Below are positions 12,135 through 23,500 of a stretch of 64,000 bases of DNA, in pieces (positions within the stretch are counted from its first letter, which is position 1; the number at the start of each line of letters is the position of its first letter). The notes beneath the pieces are model-generated. The model was not told where the DNA came from. It saw only the letters and a list, made by a program, of their open reading frames with translations, and made no database searches. Source of the DNA: Octopus sinensis (lineage: Eukaryota); the NCBI RefSeq assembly GCF_006345805.1, contig NW_021833270.1:1-64000 (forward strand). The letters run 5' to 3'. The position numbers and the translations under genes are program-made.

Positions 12135-13542
12135 GGAGGGTGGGCTGAAGAGTGCTATCAAAGTGATGCTAGAGCTATGAAATCTTGCATTAATTTCAAC
12201 TCTTTTTATTAATAACTCTACCGTTTCTTTGCAGGTGTACTTGACACCTGACTATTCAGAGAACAATTCGAAAGTAACTAGCCGCGACCTCTCTTGAAAG
12301 TCGGCAAAATCCGGCATCGCGGTATTATCTTGTACCTGTAGAAAAAGGATTTAAGCCGCCCCACCACCACCAAGGACATTCATGCTGACATTGTTGCTAT
12401 GACTGATCTGGAACCCAACCTAGGCCCCCATGTCTACGGCGTTCGCCGTTGGAATAAGGAGTGGTTGGAGATCACGCGGTCGTTGACCTCAAATCGCCAG
12501 GCCTGTTCGGCGTTTGTGAGAGATGCAGCATTGAGGATGAATGAAGCCAGCTCAACCCACCCCGGGTGAATGCTGTAAGTAGAAAGAAAACAAGAAAGAT
12601 TGTTGCTATATTAGGGAATGACGCTCCTGTTTTATCAACATTGAAAAGGTGGGCTGCTGAATTTAGGAAGCGAAGGTACTGCAACTGCCACCACTCAGGA
12701 AAACATTGGTCGTGACAATGAAACAAATAGACAATGCTATTAGCATATCTCATGGATATTTTGCACAATGAACATTGGCACGACGAAGATTTCTGTTCAG
12801 TTGGAGCCACGACTTCTGACTCATGATCAAAAGCACACCAGGTTGTTCAAATCATGGGAAAATCTGACATTGTCTGAGGCAGATCCAGCTTGTTTCCTTG
12901 AACATTTCCTAAGTCAGGATGAGTGTTGGGTTCATCACTTTGAGCCAGACACGAAGAGATAATCCATGCAACGGAAATACCCCTCCTCACCTGCTCCAAA
13001 GAAGGCCAAGATCGTTTCATCTGCAGAGAAGGTGATGGTCTCAGTATATCGGAATGCAAAAGTCATTGTGTTTATTGCGTATCTTCAAAAGGGCCACAGC
13101 ATCAATAGAGAGTATTATGCCAACTTGCTGAGGCAGATACGAAAGGCTATCAAGACCAAATAGCCACGAAAACTGACGAAAGGAGTCTTGTTTCATGCGA
13201 ACAATACTCCGGCAAACAAGCTCTTCGTTTCAATGGCTGTTGTGCGTGGCTGTGGCTTTCAACTGGTTAATCACCCTCCTTATTCTTCTGATTTGGCTTC
13301 ATCTGACAATCATCTGTTTCCCCAGTATGGAAAACCACTTGGCTAAAATCCAGCTGATGATGGCGTCATATCTACTGTTGATGACGTTTTCTTTTTCTTT
13401 ACCAATGGGATCCAAGCACTGCAGTACTGATGGAAGAAGTTTGTGGATTGCAAGGGAGACTGTCTTGGAAAATAAACCTCATTTGGTCTCATTCGATAGA
13501 AGTATTTTGGTCAGCCTATGAACCTTTCGGCCAACCCTCGCA
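12135..13542 (+). mobile_element. Mariner transposon relic, interrupted by an RTE fragment
   Basis: Degenerate TIRs (ggagggtgggctgaagagt / RC gcgagggttggccgaaaggt). Fragments KIRHRGII..KDIHADIVA, LSQDECWVHHFEPDTKR, SAEKVMVSV, HPPYSSDLASSDNHLF. Confidence 0.87.
12401..12598 (+). mobile_element. 5'-truncated RTE LINE (198 bp) with an 11-bp TSD
   Basis: Reads DLEPNLGPHVYGVRRWNKEWLEITRSLTSNRQACSAFVRDAALRMNEASSTHPG*. TSD attgttgctat at 12390-12400 and 12599-12609. Confidence 0.8.
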
Positions 13543-14167
13543 CATACAAACAAATCAAATATATCCTCCGTCATATTCGATGGTTTCTATTCCAGTTATT
13601 CACTCAACTGAATTACCCATCCATTGCACTACCTAGTATATGGCTGACTATTTCACAGACACGCGTACTCTTAATTAAAAAACAGAATCAGGCTGCAACA
13701 CGGCTGGTTCTATATATTACAGACACGTTCTGTCCAGCGGAATTTCACACAGTTTCCGTCCTTCTGCCAAGTTTTACTCTCCAGGCTGCAATGAATCCAT
13801 GGTTATGGCAGAAGACATACATTCACAATGCAATCTAGTCATTTGAATTTTGAATCATGAGGGTGGAAAACAAACTTCTTATTACATACCAGTCCTTATT
13901 TTATTTTATTTGCTGTGTCTAAACAATCGATTATGAGATTTTTTTCATAAATTGGGTTTCCTGAAGCGTTTGATGGAGACGGTAGAAAGGAAGAAACCAT
14001 GGTTCTACAACCAAAACCTTGTTTGCTGCACCTCTACAACACATCTGCTCCTTATCCGTTGTTTGGATGGCAAGGAATAGCACTTGACTGCCGATATCCC
14101 TCACACGTCCTTTCTAAATTTGGATTCAACGGGGTTTTTTCGCCCAAAGTTGATACATATATACATA

Positions 14168-14463
14168 TCTTTATATATAAAAGAGAGGTTGTGTGTCTGT
14201 CTCCTACGATTTAGATTCCTAACTACTCCCACATTTTGCGGTGCAGTTTAACCAAAACCGGGTATTTTATAGTCGTGATTCATATCGAGCCCTTCTGGGT
14301 ATTAGCGCGCGTCTACGATGAGTCTACGATTTTAAAAGTATTTACCATCATTTTTTTCCATCTTTAATGCATTTTTTTGCTGTTTTTTTGGCTATAACTC
14401 TCTAAAAATGCTTATGTAGTTATTTCCCTTACAAACCCGAGCAAGGCCGGGCGATACTGCTAG
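14168..14463 (+). mobile_element. Non-autonomous Helitron (296 bp)
   Basis: A^TCTTTATATATAAAAG start; imperfect hairpin cccgagcaaggccggg at 14436-14451; CTAG^T end at 14460-14464. Confidence 0.8.
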
Positions 14464-14831
14464 TACATAATACATATATACATATACACATCCATCCATA
14501 CATCCATACATACATACATACCTCTAAATGGCCAATTTCAAAAGATAAAAAAGATTGAAGAATATGACTGCAAGCGAACGTTTTAACCATTCGATCATAC
14601 ATAGACACACTTCTGCATTTGTGTATGTGTGTGCATATATGTGTGAATGTACATGTGTTTGTATATATACGTATGCGATAGAGACATAGCTAAAAGGAAG
14701 CCGAACATGTTATGTAGTGCACCATCCATCTAACGATGCGTGCTTGTGACTACAGGGCTTTGTATGGGTGACCTTGAATTTCAGTCAAACTCATAGCTGC
14801 GTCGCTCAGCGTCACTAAGTCACAGATTTTT

Positions 14832-15218
14832 TTGGAAGCACTCCGTCAGTTCCGACGACGAGGGTCCCGGTTGATCCGATCAACGGAACAGCCTGCTCGT
14901 GAAATTAACGTGTAAGTGGCTGAGCACTCCACAGACACGTGTACCCTTAACGTAGTTCTCGGGGATATTCAGCGTGACACAGAGAGTGACAAGGCCGGCT
15001 CCTTGAAATACAGGTACAACAGAAACCGGAAGTAAGAGTGAGAGAAAGTTGTGGTGAAAGAGTACAGCAGGGATCACCACCCTCCCCTGCCGGAGCCTCG
15101 TGGAGCTTTTTAGGTGTTTTCGCTCAATAAACACTCACAACGCCCGGTCTGGGAATCGAAACCGCGATCCTATGACCGCGCGTCCGCTGCCCTAACCACT
15201 GGGCCATTGCGCCTCCAC
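14832..15218 (-). mobile_element. SINE family C (tRNA-derived head, ~390 bp)
   Basis: Minus-strand head gtggaggcgcaatggcccagtggttagggcagcgg...ggtttcgattccc (A and B boxes); related copy at 17929-18181. Confidence 0.8.
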
Positions 15219-15269
15219 AGTCATAGATATACACAAGTTAGAACGAATGTGTATCCAGTCCGCTACAAC

Positions 15270-15460
15270 AGGTGACGATCAGATTGAGAAGTACGTGGTG
15301 TGGTCTGTGAAAATCATCGTATGACTATCTGACATTTGTGATGAAACAGTTATCAGTATATATGTGTCAAATGCTAAGGTGCACTATATCGAACGTATCA
15401 TAATCGGTAGCGAAAGCTGGATGTACAACTACGGAGACGAAACAACAAACCAATAGATGT
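15270..15460 (+). mobile_element. Highly decayed mariner transposase fragment
   Basis: QIEKVRGVVCENHRMTI and RIIIGSESWMYNYGDETTNQ resemble the mariner HTH and first catalytic Asp regions. Confidence 0.5.
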
Positions 15461-15754
15461 AGTTAGATTATCGTTACCGTCTAAAATAAGATAAGTGAAA
15501 GTCAGACTCACATGAATGATGTTGATCATTTTTTTTTTTATTGTTATTGAAAGGGAATTGTTTTGTCTTTTATATTTTACTTACTTTAGTCATTGAACGG
15601 GAAAAGTTTTTAGTCAAAGTACATATTTTAATTTTTAAATCCTAATACTTATTCTATCGGTTCCTTTTACTGAACCAAAGAGTTACAGGTACATAATCAA
15701 GCCAACACCAATAGGTAAGCTGTGGTGACAAATACTAGATACACACGCAAAGTG

Positions 15755-15794
<40 letters not shown>

Positions 15795-15800
15795 TATATA

Positions 15801-16176
15801 TACAACTATTTTCTATAAGTTTCTATACGACTATTTTCTTTAAATTTACCAAATCCACTCAAAAGGCTTTGGCAGTTCGAGGCTATAGTAGAAGTCACTT
15901 GCCCAAGGTGCAATACGGATTCATATGGTTAGAATATATACTCTTTTATTCTTTTACCCTTTTATTTGTTTCATTCATTTGACTGCGACCATGCTGGAGC
16001 ACGGCTTCGAAGGGTTTTTTGGCGAACAAATCGGCTCTGATGCTTATTTCTTAAGTCGAATATATTTATCGGTCTCTTTTGCCAAAATGCTAAGTTACAG
16101 AGCCGTAAACACATCAACAGTGGTGGTCAAACAGTGATGGGGAAAAAAACAGACACAAAGGAACATACATATACAA

Positions 16177-16210
<34 letters not shown>

Positions 16211-16323
16211 ACTCACACACACACCACACACACACATATATATAATATATATATATTATATATATATGTATATATATATATGTAATATATATGTATTTAT
16301 ATATATATATATGTGTGTGTGTG

Positions 16324-16378
<55 letters not shown>

Positions 16379-16387
16379 ATATATATG

Positions 16388-16419
<32 letters not shown>

Positions 16420-16423
16420 TATA

Positions 16424-16459
<36 letters not shown>

Positions 16460-16829
16460 ACTATTTTCTATAAGTTTCTATACGACTATTTTCTTTAAAT
16501 TTACCAAATCCACTCAAAAGGCTTTGGCAGTTCGAGGCTATAGTAGAAGTCACTTGCCCAAGGTGCAATACGGATTCATATGGTTAGAATATATACTCTT
16601 TTATTCTTTTACCCTTTTATTTGTTTCATTCATTTGACTGCGACCATGCTGGAGCACGCTTCGAAGGGTTTTTTGGCGAACAAATCGGCTCTGATGCTTA
16701 TTTCTTAAGTCGAATATATTTATCGGTCTCTTTTGCCAAAATGCTAAGTTACAGAGCCGTAAACACATCAACAGTGGTGGTCAAACAGTGATGGGGAAAA
16801 AACAGACACAAAGGAACATACATATACAA

Positions 16830-16860
<31 letters not shown>

Positions 16861-16870
16861 CACTCACACA
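15801..16870. repeat. Near-perfect tandem duplication (period 655 bp) of a degenerate SINE A plus (TA)n block
   Basis: 15801-16200 and 16456-16855 differ only by single-base indels. Confidence 0.9.
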
Positions 16871-16994
16871 CACACACACACACACATATATATAATATAT
16901 ATATATATATATAATATATATATGTAATATATATGTATTATATATATATATATGTGTGTGTGTGTATATATATATATATGTATATATATATATG

Positions 16995-17034
<40 letters not shown>

Positions 17035-17040
17035 TGTATG

Positions 17041-17129
<89 letters not shown>

Positions 17130-17331
17130 CATGCACGCGTGTGTGTGTGTAGGAACAATATGCAGGTGTATTAGTTTAGTGCTCGGGAAAATAGAAACGG
17201 CCTTTAAGTTTCGAGCCTACGCTCTTCTACTGAAAGGACTGAGAGGGAAAAAATACAGAGAGGAAAATGTGCAGAGTTCAAAAATTCAACATGGTGAGAT
17301 GGCTGAATATAAGTGAGATGATAATAATAAT

Positions 17332-17365
<34 letters not shown>

Positions 17366-17928
17366 TCGGTAACAGTGACCCCAATGAACTAAGGTACACA
17401 TGCGCGAGTGAGTGTGAATGCACGTGAAAATGGGGGAAAGTGTGTGAGTATGTGCGGGTGAGTGTGTGTGCGTACGGACGTGAGTATATGTGTGAGTATG
17501 CGTATGGACGTATGTATATTTGCGGGGCGAATGCGTGTGTGTGTGTGTTGGGTGTTTTGCAGTTGATGTGTGCTTGTTCAGGTGGTGTGTGCACGTGTGC
17601 ATATTTGTGTCTGTGGGCGAAAGTTGTCAGTGTCTATGGATGTTGCGTGTGTTTATGCATGTTGCGTATGTGTGCATATATTGTGTGCATTCAGGTATTA
17701 TGTGCTTGTGTGGGTGTTGGGAGGGAAAGTGTAATGGTGTGTGAAATGAGTAATGAGTTCGGTAGAGAGATGGTGAGTTGAGCCCATATGGCTAAAAGGA
17801 ACGAAGAGAGAAGATTAATTCTTGGTCATGGCGAAGGCAGGAGTCCGGGTGGCACCTATGCAGAAACAGTCCGAACTCCACTCGCAAGGACTTGGCCGGC
17901 CAGAGGTCATATATATATATACATATAT

Positions 17929-18179
17929 GTGGAGGCGCAATGGCCCAGTGGTTAGGGTAGCGAACTCGCGGTCGTAGGATCGCGGTTTCGATTCCCAGAC
18001 CGGGCGTTGTGAGTGTTTATTGAGCGAAAACACCTAAAAGCTCCACTCTTTCTCTCACTCTTTCTTCTGTTGGCTTGCTCGCTTAGCCAGCGGGGTGGCG
18101 TCATTCGAAGGCTAAAACAATGCGAACGCATTGTGACCAGCGATGTGTAGCAACATCTGATGATCTGATCGGTCACGTG

Positions 18180-18181
<2 letters not shown>
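17929..18181 (+). mobile_element. SINE family C, internally deleted, with a different 3' part
   Basis: Head matches the reverse complement of 15218-15105, then jumps to ctttctctcactc and diverges. Confidence 0.7.
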
Positions 18182-18276
<95 letters not shown>

Positions 18277-18338
18277 GTGTGTAAAATATGTATTAAACAC
18301 ATTATGTATGTATTTATGTATGCATGTATAAATAGGCA

Positions 18339-18735
18339 TAGGAGTAGCTGTGTGGTAAGTAGCTTACTTACCAACCAACCACATGATGCCGGGTTCAGTC
18401 CCACTGCGTGGCACCTTCTACTCTAGCCTCGGGCCGACCAAAGCCTTTTAAGTGGATTTGGTAGACGGAAACTGAAAGAAGCCTATCGTATATCTGTATA
18501 TATGTATGTGAATGTGTGTGTATATGTTTGTGTATCTGTGTTTGTCCCCCAACATCGCTTGACAACGGATGCTGGTGTGTTTACGTCCCCGTTACTTAGC
18601 GGTTCGGCAAAAGAGACCGATAGAATAAGTACTAGGCTTACAAAGAATAAGTGCTGGGGTCGACTTGCTCGACTAAAGGCGGTGCTCCAGCATGGCCACA
18701 GTCACATGACTGAAACAAGTAAAAGAGTAAAAGAG
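18339..18735 (+). mobile_element. SINE family A (tRNA-derived head, internal TA/TG tract, gaaacaagtaaaagag tail)
   Basis: Matches many copies in this window (37945, 39662, 53333, 61905 and others). Confidence 0.9.
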
Positions 18736-18806
18736 ATGAATAGATAGATTGTTAGATAGACAGACAGACAGAGAAGCAGGCAGACAGATACACAGACAGA
18801 TAGATA

Positions 18807-20419
18807 TGTTTCCTCATTAGCCACACAGGGCTGCACACAGACGAGACAGATTACAAAGTACAGCTTTTCTTTTTGGGGGAGAGAAAAAAAAGTGGGGAAG
18901 GTTTTCGATCAAAAGGGATCGTAAAAGGGAAAGAAAAAACCATCAATAGGGATCGTGTATCACAGAAATATCATGATGTAAAGTGTAAAGAGGGGAAACA
19001 GATAAGGTTTAACCATGGGAAGAAAAGACTAGGGAAAAAAACCACGGTAACCTCGGTCAATAATGTTATATGTTACCACATTTGTTTGCAAGTAGGTAAC
19101 CCTCTGTTTTCAATTTTCGGGTTCATAGGATTATGCTCAAGGTGGCTTCGTCATTCATACGTGCCATCCTTGCAACATTCACCCATCTTTTTTTGAAACA
19201 TTCGCTAGACAAAACTTGCCTCTCTACTCTCACTTTCCTTTTCAAGTGGTACTTGAAGAAGTTGATGAGAGATTAACCAGAGAGGAAAGTGTTTGTCTCC
19301 AATCCTTTCAGACGCGTCCACCAGATACATTCTTTCGCCATAGCCACAAGGATGATGAAAATAGCTCTTCCTTCCCGTTTGAAGGAAGGAAGCGTGACAA
19401 TATTGACGATAGACTCGGCTGATAAACCGTCTCATCCCACACGTGACAGCAGGTGTTCGACATAAGCCCACAGGTCGGAAATTGTTGGACACTGCACGAG
19501 TGCGTGCAGAATGGTATCGTCGCTCTGATCGCATCACAGGCAGGTCGGCCCCGTGTTTCTGGAGCCGTGTCTGTAGAGCTTACTCCGAACGGGTAGCGCT
19601 TCCCGATAGCACTGCCAGGTCAGGGATCTCTGGGAGTTGTCCATGGGCCCTGGCCCGAAAGTCGTCCTGAACAGGCGGGTCAGGTATTCCTCGCCGACGT
19701 CCAGGTTCGCCCCGAGCTCGTCGTCGTACCTCCCCTCCACTACTCCCCTATAGAATGCTTTGGTTATGTTGAAGTCACTCAAGGTCGACCCGGGACGGCA
19801 GAGTTCCTTGAGAGCAACGCGGTACTCGCGTTGCCATTCGCTCTTCCTCGGCCTCTTTTTGATCCACGACTGCAGTTCGGTCATGGAGACGAGTTGCGGG
19901 AATGCGTGCCTCACAAACGGCGACCACACCTGTTCACCGTCGTCTACGTAGAGCCTGAGATGTCGCAGTCTTAGCGCGTGTCTGCATGTCCTCAACCACG
20001 GCATGCCCGGTCCTCCTTTTAACGGGTGTTGACAGCAAATGGATCGCCTGACCATCGGGACGCATCCTTTCCACAAGAAGCGAACGAGAATGCGTTCTAG
20101 TTTGGTGATGGTAGGGTCAGGACAAGGCACGACAGTCAGGCGGTAGTAGATGACGGACGCTATGTACGAGTTCGCTACCTCCGCCCGACCTTTTAGGGAC
20201 AGCTTCCGCTCGGCCCATTGCCGCGCAAGAGTAGCCACCCTACTAGCTATCTCGTTCCAGTTTTTCTCCATTTGGAAGTCCGGACCAAACCAGATCCCGA
20301 GCAACTCGACCGGACCGTCGGTCCAGCGTTCCAAGACGGAGGTACTGGTGGACGGCATGGGCTTGCTTCTCCAGGTGCTGACTCGCAAGCCCACTGACTT
20401 TTCCCGGTTGATTTTCGCT
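18807..20419 (-). mobile_element. 5'-truncated second copy of the Tx1-like LINE (3' 1.6 kb)
   Basis: Collinear with 1248-2910. The ORFs at 20451-19534 and 19537-19205 encode the RT C-terminal region and zinc finger. Same 3' junction (agatagata|tgtttc) into a GATA/GACA tract. Confidence 0.92.
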
Positions 20420-20564
20420 TCTTTCAGTTTCCGTCTACCAAATCCACTCAAAAGGCTTTGGTCGGCACGAGGCTATAGTAGAAGACACTTGCCCACGGTG
20501 CCACGTAATGGGACTGAACCCGGAACTATGTGGTTCATAAGCAAGCTATTTACCACACAGCCAC
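20417..20564 (-). mobile_element. 5' half of SINE A fused directly upstream of the LINE copy
   Basis: gtggctgtgtggtaa...ggaaactgaaagaagc joins gaaaatcaaccggg of the LINE through a shared AGC. Confidence 0.85.
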
Positions 20565-21046
20565 GTACACACACACACACACACACATAAATTCATGTAC
20601 ATACACACACACAATCTTATTTCGAATTATTAATACCAGTACTGATGTACAACAGTAACAAGATTTGTATCATAACAGTGAAATATCGATAACCTCCCTT
20701 ACATTATGTTTTGTTTTTATCTGGAAATAAAATGAACAAATTGTCAATGCGTGTGTGTGAGTATGTGTTTGGCTGTGTGCGTGTGTATGTGCGAGTGTGT
20801 GTGTATGACTGTAAAAAATTAGTCGACATTAGATTGTCATTTTGATCTGTTCAAAAGTATTTTTAAAAATTTGTATTAAGGGTATATCTAGTTCCGATCA
20901 TATATAAACAATTGCAAGGGAACTAACTCTCAACTACCAAATGTTTTTTTGTCTGCTGAAATTCTGACAAAAATGGCTTAAGGGAGATAATTCTAAATGT
21001 CTACATACATTTCCTTTATAGTGTAGGAACATAGCTAGTATTTGTG

Positions 21047-21092
<46 letters not shown>

Positions 21093-21307
21093 AGCAATAA
21101 TAAATCTCTGAACGAGATATAAACAGTAACCGCTCGACAACGTAAGGTGTACTAGCCATCTGAATGTGGCTAGCCACTGGGGGTGGGGTGTTACTGATGC
21201 TTTTAGCTCCAGGCGATCAACGTCACCAGATGGACTTTAGACACAATCTCAGTGCCCTTGTGTTATTTGCAAAGGGAGGTCATCCTCCCTCGAAAACCTA
21301 AGTACTA

Positions 21308-21352
21308 CATACGGACTATAGTTTCAAGGTAATTGCCTCTTGTCAACGCATG
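21308..21352 (-). ncRNA. Minimal type I hammerhead ribozyme motif, U3-A8 core variant
   Basis: Minus strand: CAUGCG-UUGACAA-GAGG(CAAUUA)CCUU-GAAAC(UAUA)GUC^-CGUAUG. Stems I, II and III all pair; stem III and its loop form the palindrome ACUAUAGU. Confidence 0.75.
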
Positions 21353-21607
21353 GTAAGAACCGGTTTTCGATGAAGGAGACCCCTTGCAAATAATATTTAA
21401 CGTTTTTCACAGCAACCACTGTCACTGATTTAGAAAAACTGTGCTCGACAACGTAAGGAGTACGTTGTCGAGCGGTTACTGTTTATATCTCGTTCAGAGA
21501 TTTATTATTGCTTTCAGACAGTTTTTCTAAATCAGTGACAGTGGTTGCTGTGAAAAATGTTAAATATTATTTGCAAGGGGTCTCCTTCATCGAAAACCGG
21601 TGCTTAC

Positions 21608-21652
21608 CATGCGTTGACGAGAGGCAATTACCTTGAAACTATAGTCCGTATG
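21608..21652 (+). ncRNA. Minimal type I hammerhead ribozyme motif, U3.G8 core
   Basis: CAUGCG(21608-13) UUGACGA(21614-20) GAGG-CAAUUA-CCUU GAAAC(21635-39) UAUA GUC^(21644-46) CGUAUG(21647-52). Confidence 0.75.
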
Positions 21653-21818
21653 TAGTACTTAGGTTTTCGAGGGAGGATGACCTCCTTTGCAAATAACACA
21701 AGGGCACTGAGATTGTGTCTAAAGTCCATCTGGTGACGTTGATCGCCCGGGGCTAAAAGCATCAGTAACCCCCACTCCCAGTGGCTAGCCACATTCAGAT
21801 GGCTAGTACACCTTACGT

Positions 21819-21864
<46 letters not shown>

Positions 21865-21904
21865 TATTATATATTATATATATATGTATATATGCATATA
21901 GTCA

Positions 21905-22116
21905 TTTACCCTCTTATTTGTTTCAGTCATATGATTGCGGCCATACTGGAGTAGTACCGCCTTTAGTTGAACAAATTGACCCCAGAACTTATCGTTGTAA
22001 GTCTAGTACTTATTCTATCGGACGCATTTCCCCCGAACGCTAGTTATGTGGACGTAGACATACCAACATCTGTTGTCAAGCGATGATGAGTGGACAGACA
22101 CAGACACACAACACAC

Positions 22117-22162
<46 letters not shown>

Positions 22163-22300
22163 TCATTCTCCTTCGACCACATCGACTCACAAGCAATGAT
22201 GGGCGCGCGGCTACAGCAGAAGACACTTGCCCAAAGTTCCATGCAGTGGGACTGAACCGGAACCATGTGGTTGGTAAGCAAGCTATTTTCCATACAGCCA
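21905..22300 (-). mobile_element. SINE family A, diverged
   Basis: Reverse complement of the family A consensus. Confidence 0.8.
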
Positions 22301-22439
22301 CACAAATGTATATATATAATATATATATATAGATATATATATTATATATACATATTTTATTATAAAGACATATACATATGTATATACATACATATATACA
22401 TACAATGTTATATATATACATATACATACATATATGTAC

Positions 22440-22472
<33 letters not shown>

Positions 22473-22803
22473 ATATACATAATATACACATATCAATAAA
22501 GATATATAATATATGCGTATAGAATATATTATATATAGATATATGATAAATTACTATATTATCACCGGTGTTCACGGTAATATACATACATACATATATG
22601 TATTATATATCTAATATATATATATATATATAATATATAGATATATATATATATATATAGATATATATACATATATAAGTACATATATAATGTTATGCAT
22701 ACATATATGACAATAATATATATATATATATATAGATTATATATAGATATATAGATATCTACATATATATGTATATATAATAGATAGATAGATAGATAGA
22801 TAT

Positions 22804-22838
<35 letters not shown>

Positions 22839-22954
22839 TAGATATAGTAGAAATATTTTCCGAAAAGATAATATAAAATACACGTGGAAATGTAAGGCTA
22901 AAATATGAAAAATCAACGAAAATGCATATTGCAAATAGAAAAAGGCCATTTATG

Positions 22955-23500
22955 ACAGGTGACGACAAATATATACATTTAGATTGACTGAGGTAGTAAT
23001 ACGAGTCATAAAAATCATTATTATGAGATGATTATAAGATGATAATAAAGTAAGAGAACAAAACGAACCAATAGTTTACGCAATGCTATTCATTGTTTGA
23101 ACAACACCGGTTAATACACGGTGTCAGGTCTAATAGTTCCAGGATGCGATGGGTAGATTGTCGGCATATTATATTTCTAATTTCAAGGATGCGCGTAGAT
23201 TGTTTTTGATTTTGTCGACTACATAGTAGGGTCGGTTAGGCACTGTCTTCGAGAAAAACGGCGCAATGATGCAATTGACTCTGCTAGAAATGTGGAAACG
23301 ACATGCTTTACTGCTTGACATTCGCGTCGGAAACTCCAATACGAATATTTCAGAATGTTTGGGTGTCAATCTGAGGATAGTGCAATCTGAGGACATGTAC
23401 CGAGAGTAATAAAAATCAAACATCCAGTCAACATCAGGGTGTTTCGAGTGATCACTAGTGATGGCGACATATGGCTAAATATTTGTTACGTCTTTTGGTC
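22955..23500 (+). mobile_element. Internally deleted Tc1/mariner-superfamily relic
   Basis: MMQLTLLEMWKRHALLLDIRVGNSNTNISECLGVNLRIVQ is joined to KIKHPVNIRVFRVITSDGD (KHP..VMV.G-like motif). Confidence 0.6.

Larger units (their letters stand above)
21092..21819. mobile_element. Back-to-back inverted pair of a ~353-nt hammerhead-bearing repeat (retrozyme / Penelope pLTR-like)
   Basis: Left arm 21092-21442 (sense on minus strand), 18-nt spacer, right arm 21461-21819 (sense on plus strand). The arms are circular permutations of each other and are flanked by (TA)n. Confidence 0.8.

Noticed and set aside
17929-18010. tRNA genes at the SINE heads (families A, B, C)
   Set aside because: A/B-box-like motifs run into SINE bodies; no complete cloverleaf with an acceptor stem and terminator was seen.
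21092-21819. The 21-kb palindrome as a solo LTR, DIRS terminal structure or ordinary MITE
   Set aside because: One strand does show TGT...AATAAA...ACA, but there is no PBS, PPT or TSD. The arms are circularly permuted rather than simple TIRs, and the opposite strand carries a full hammerhead in a rod fold. A DIRS origin is not formally excluded.
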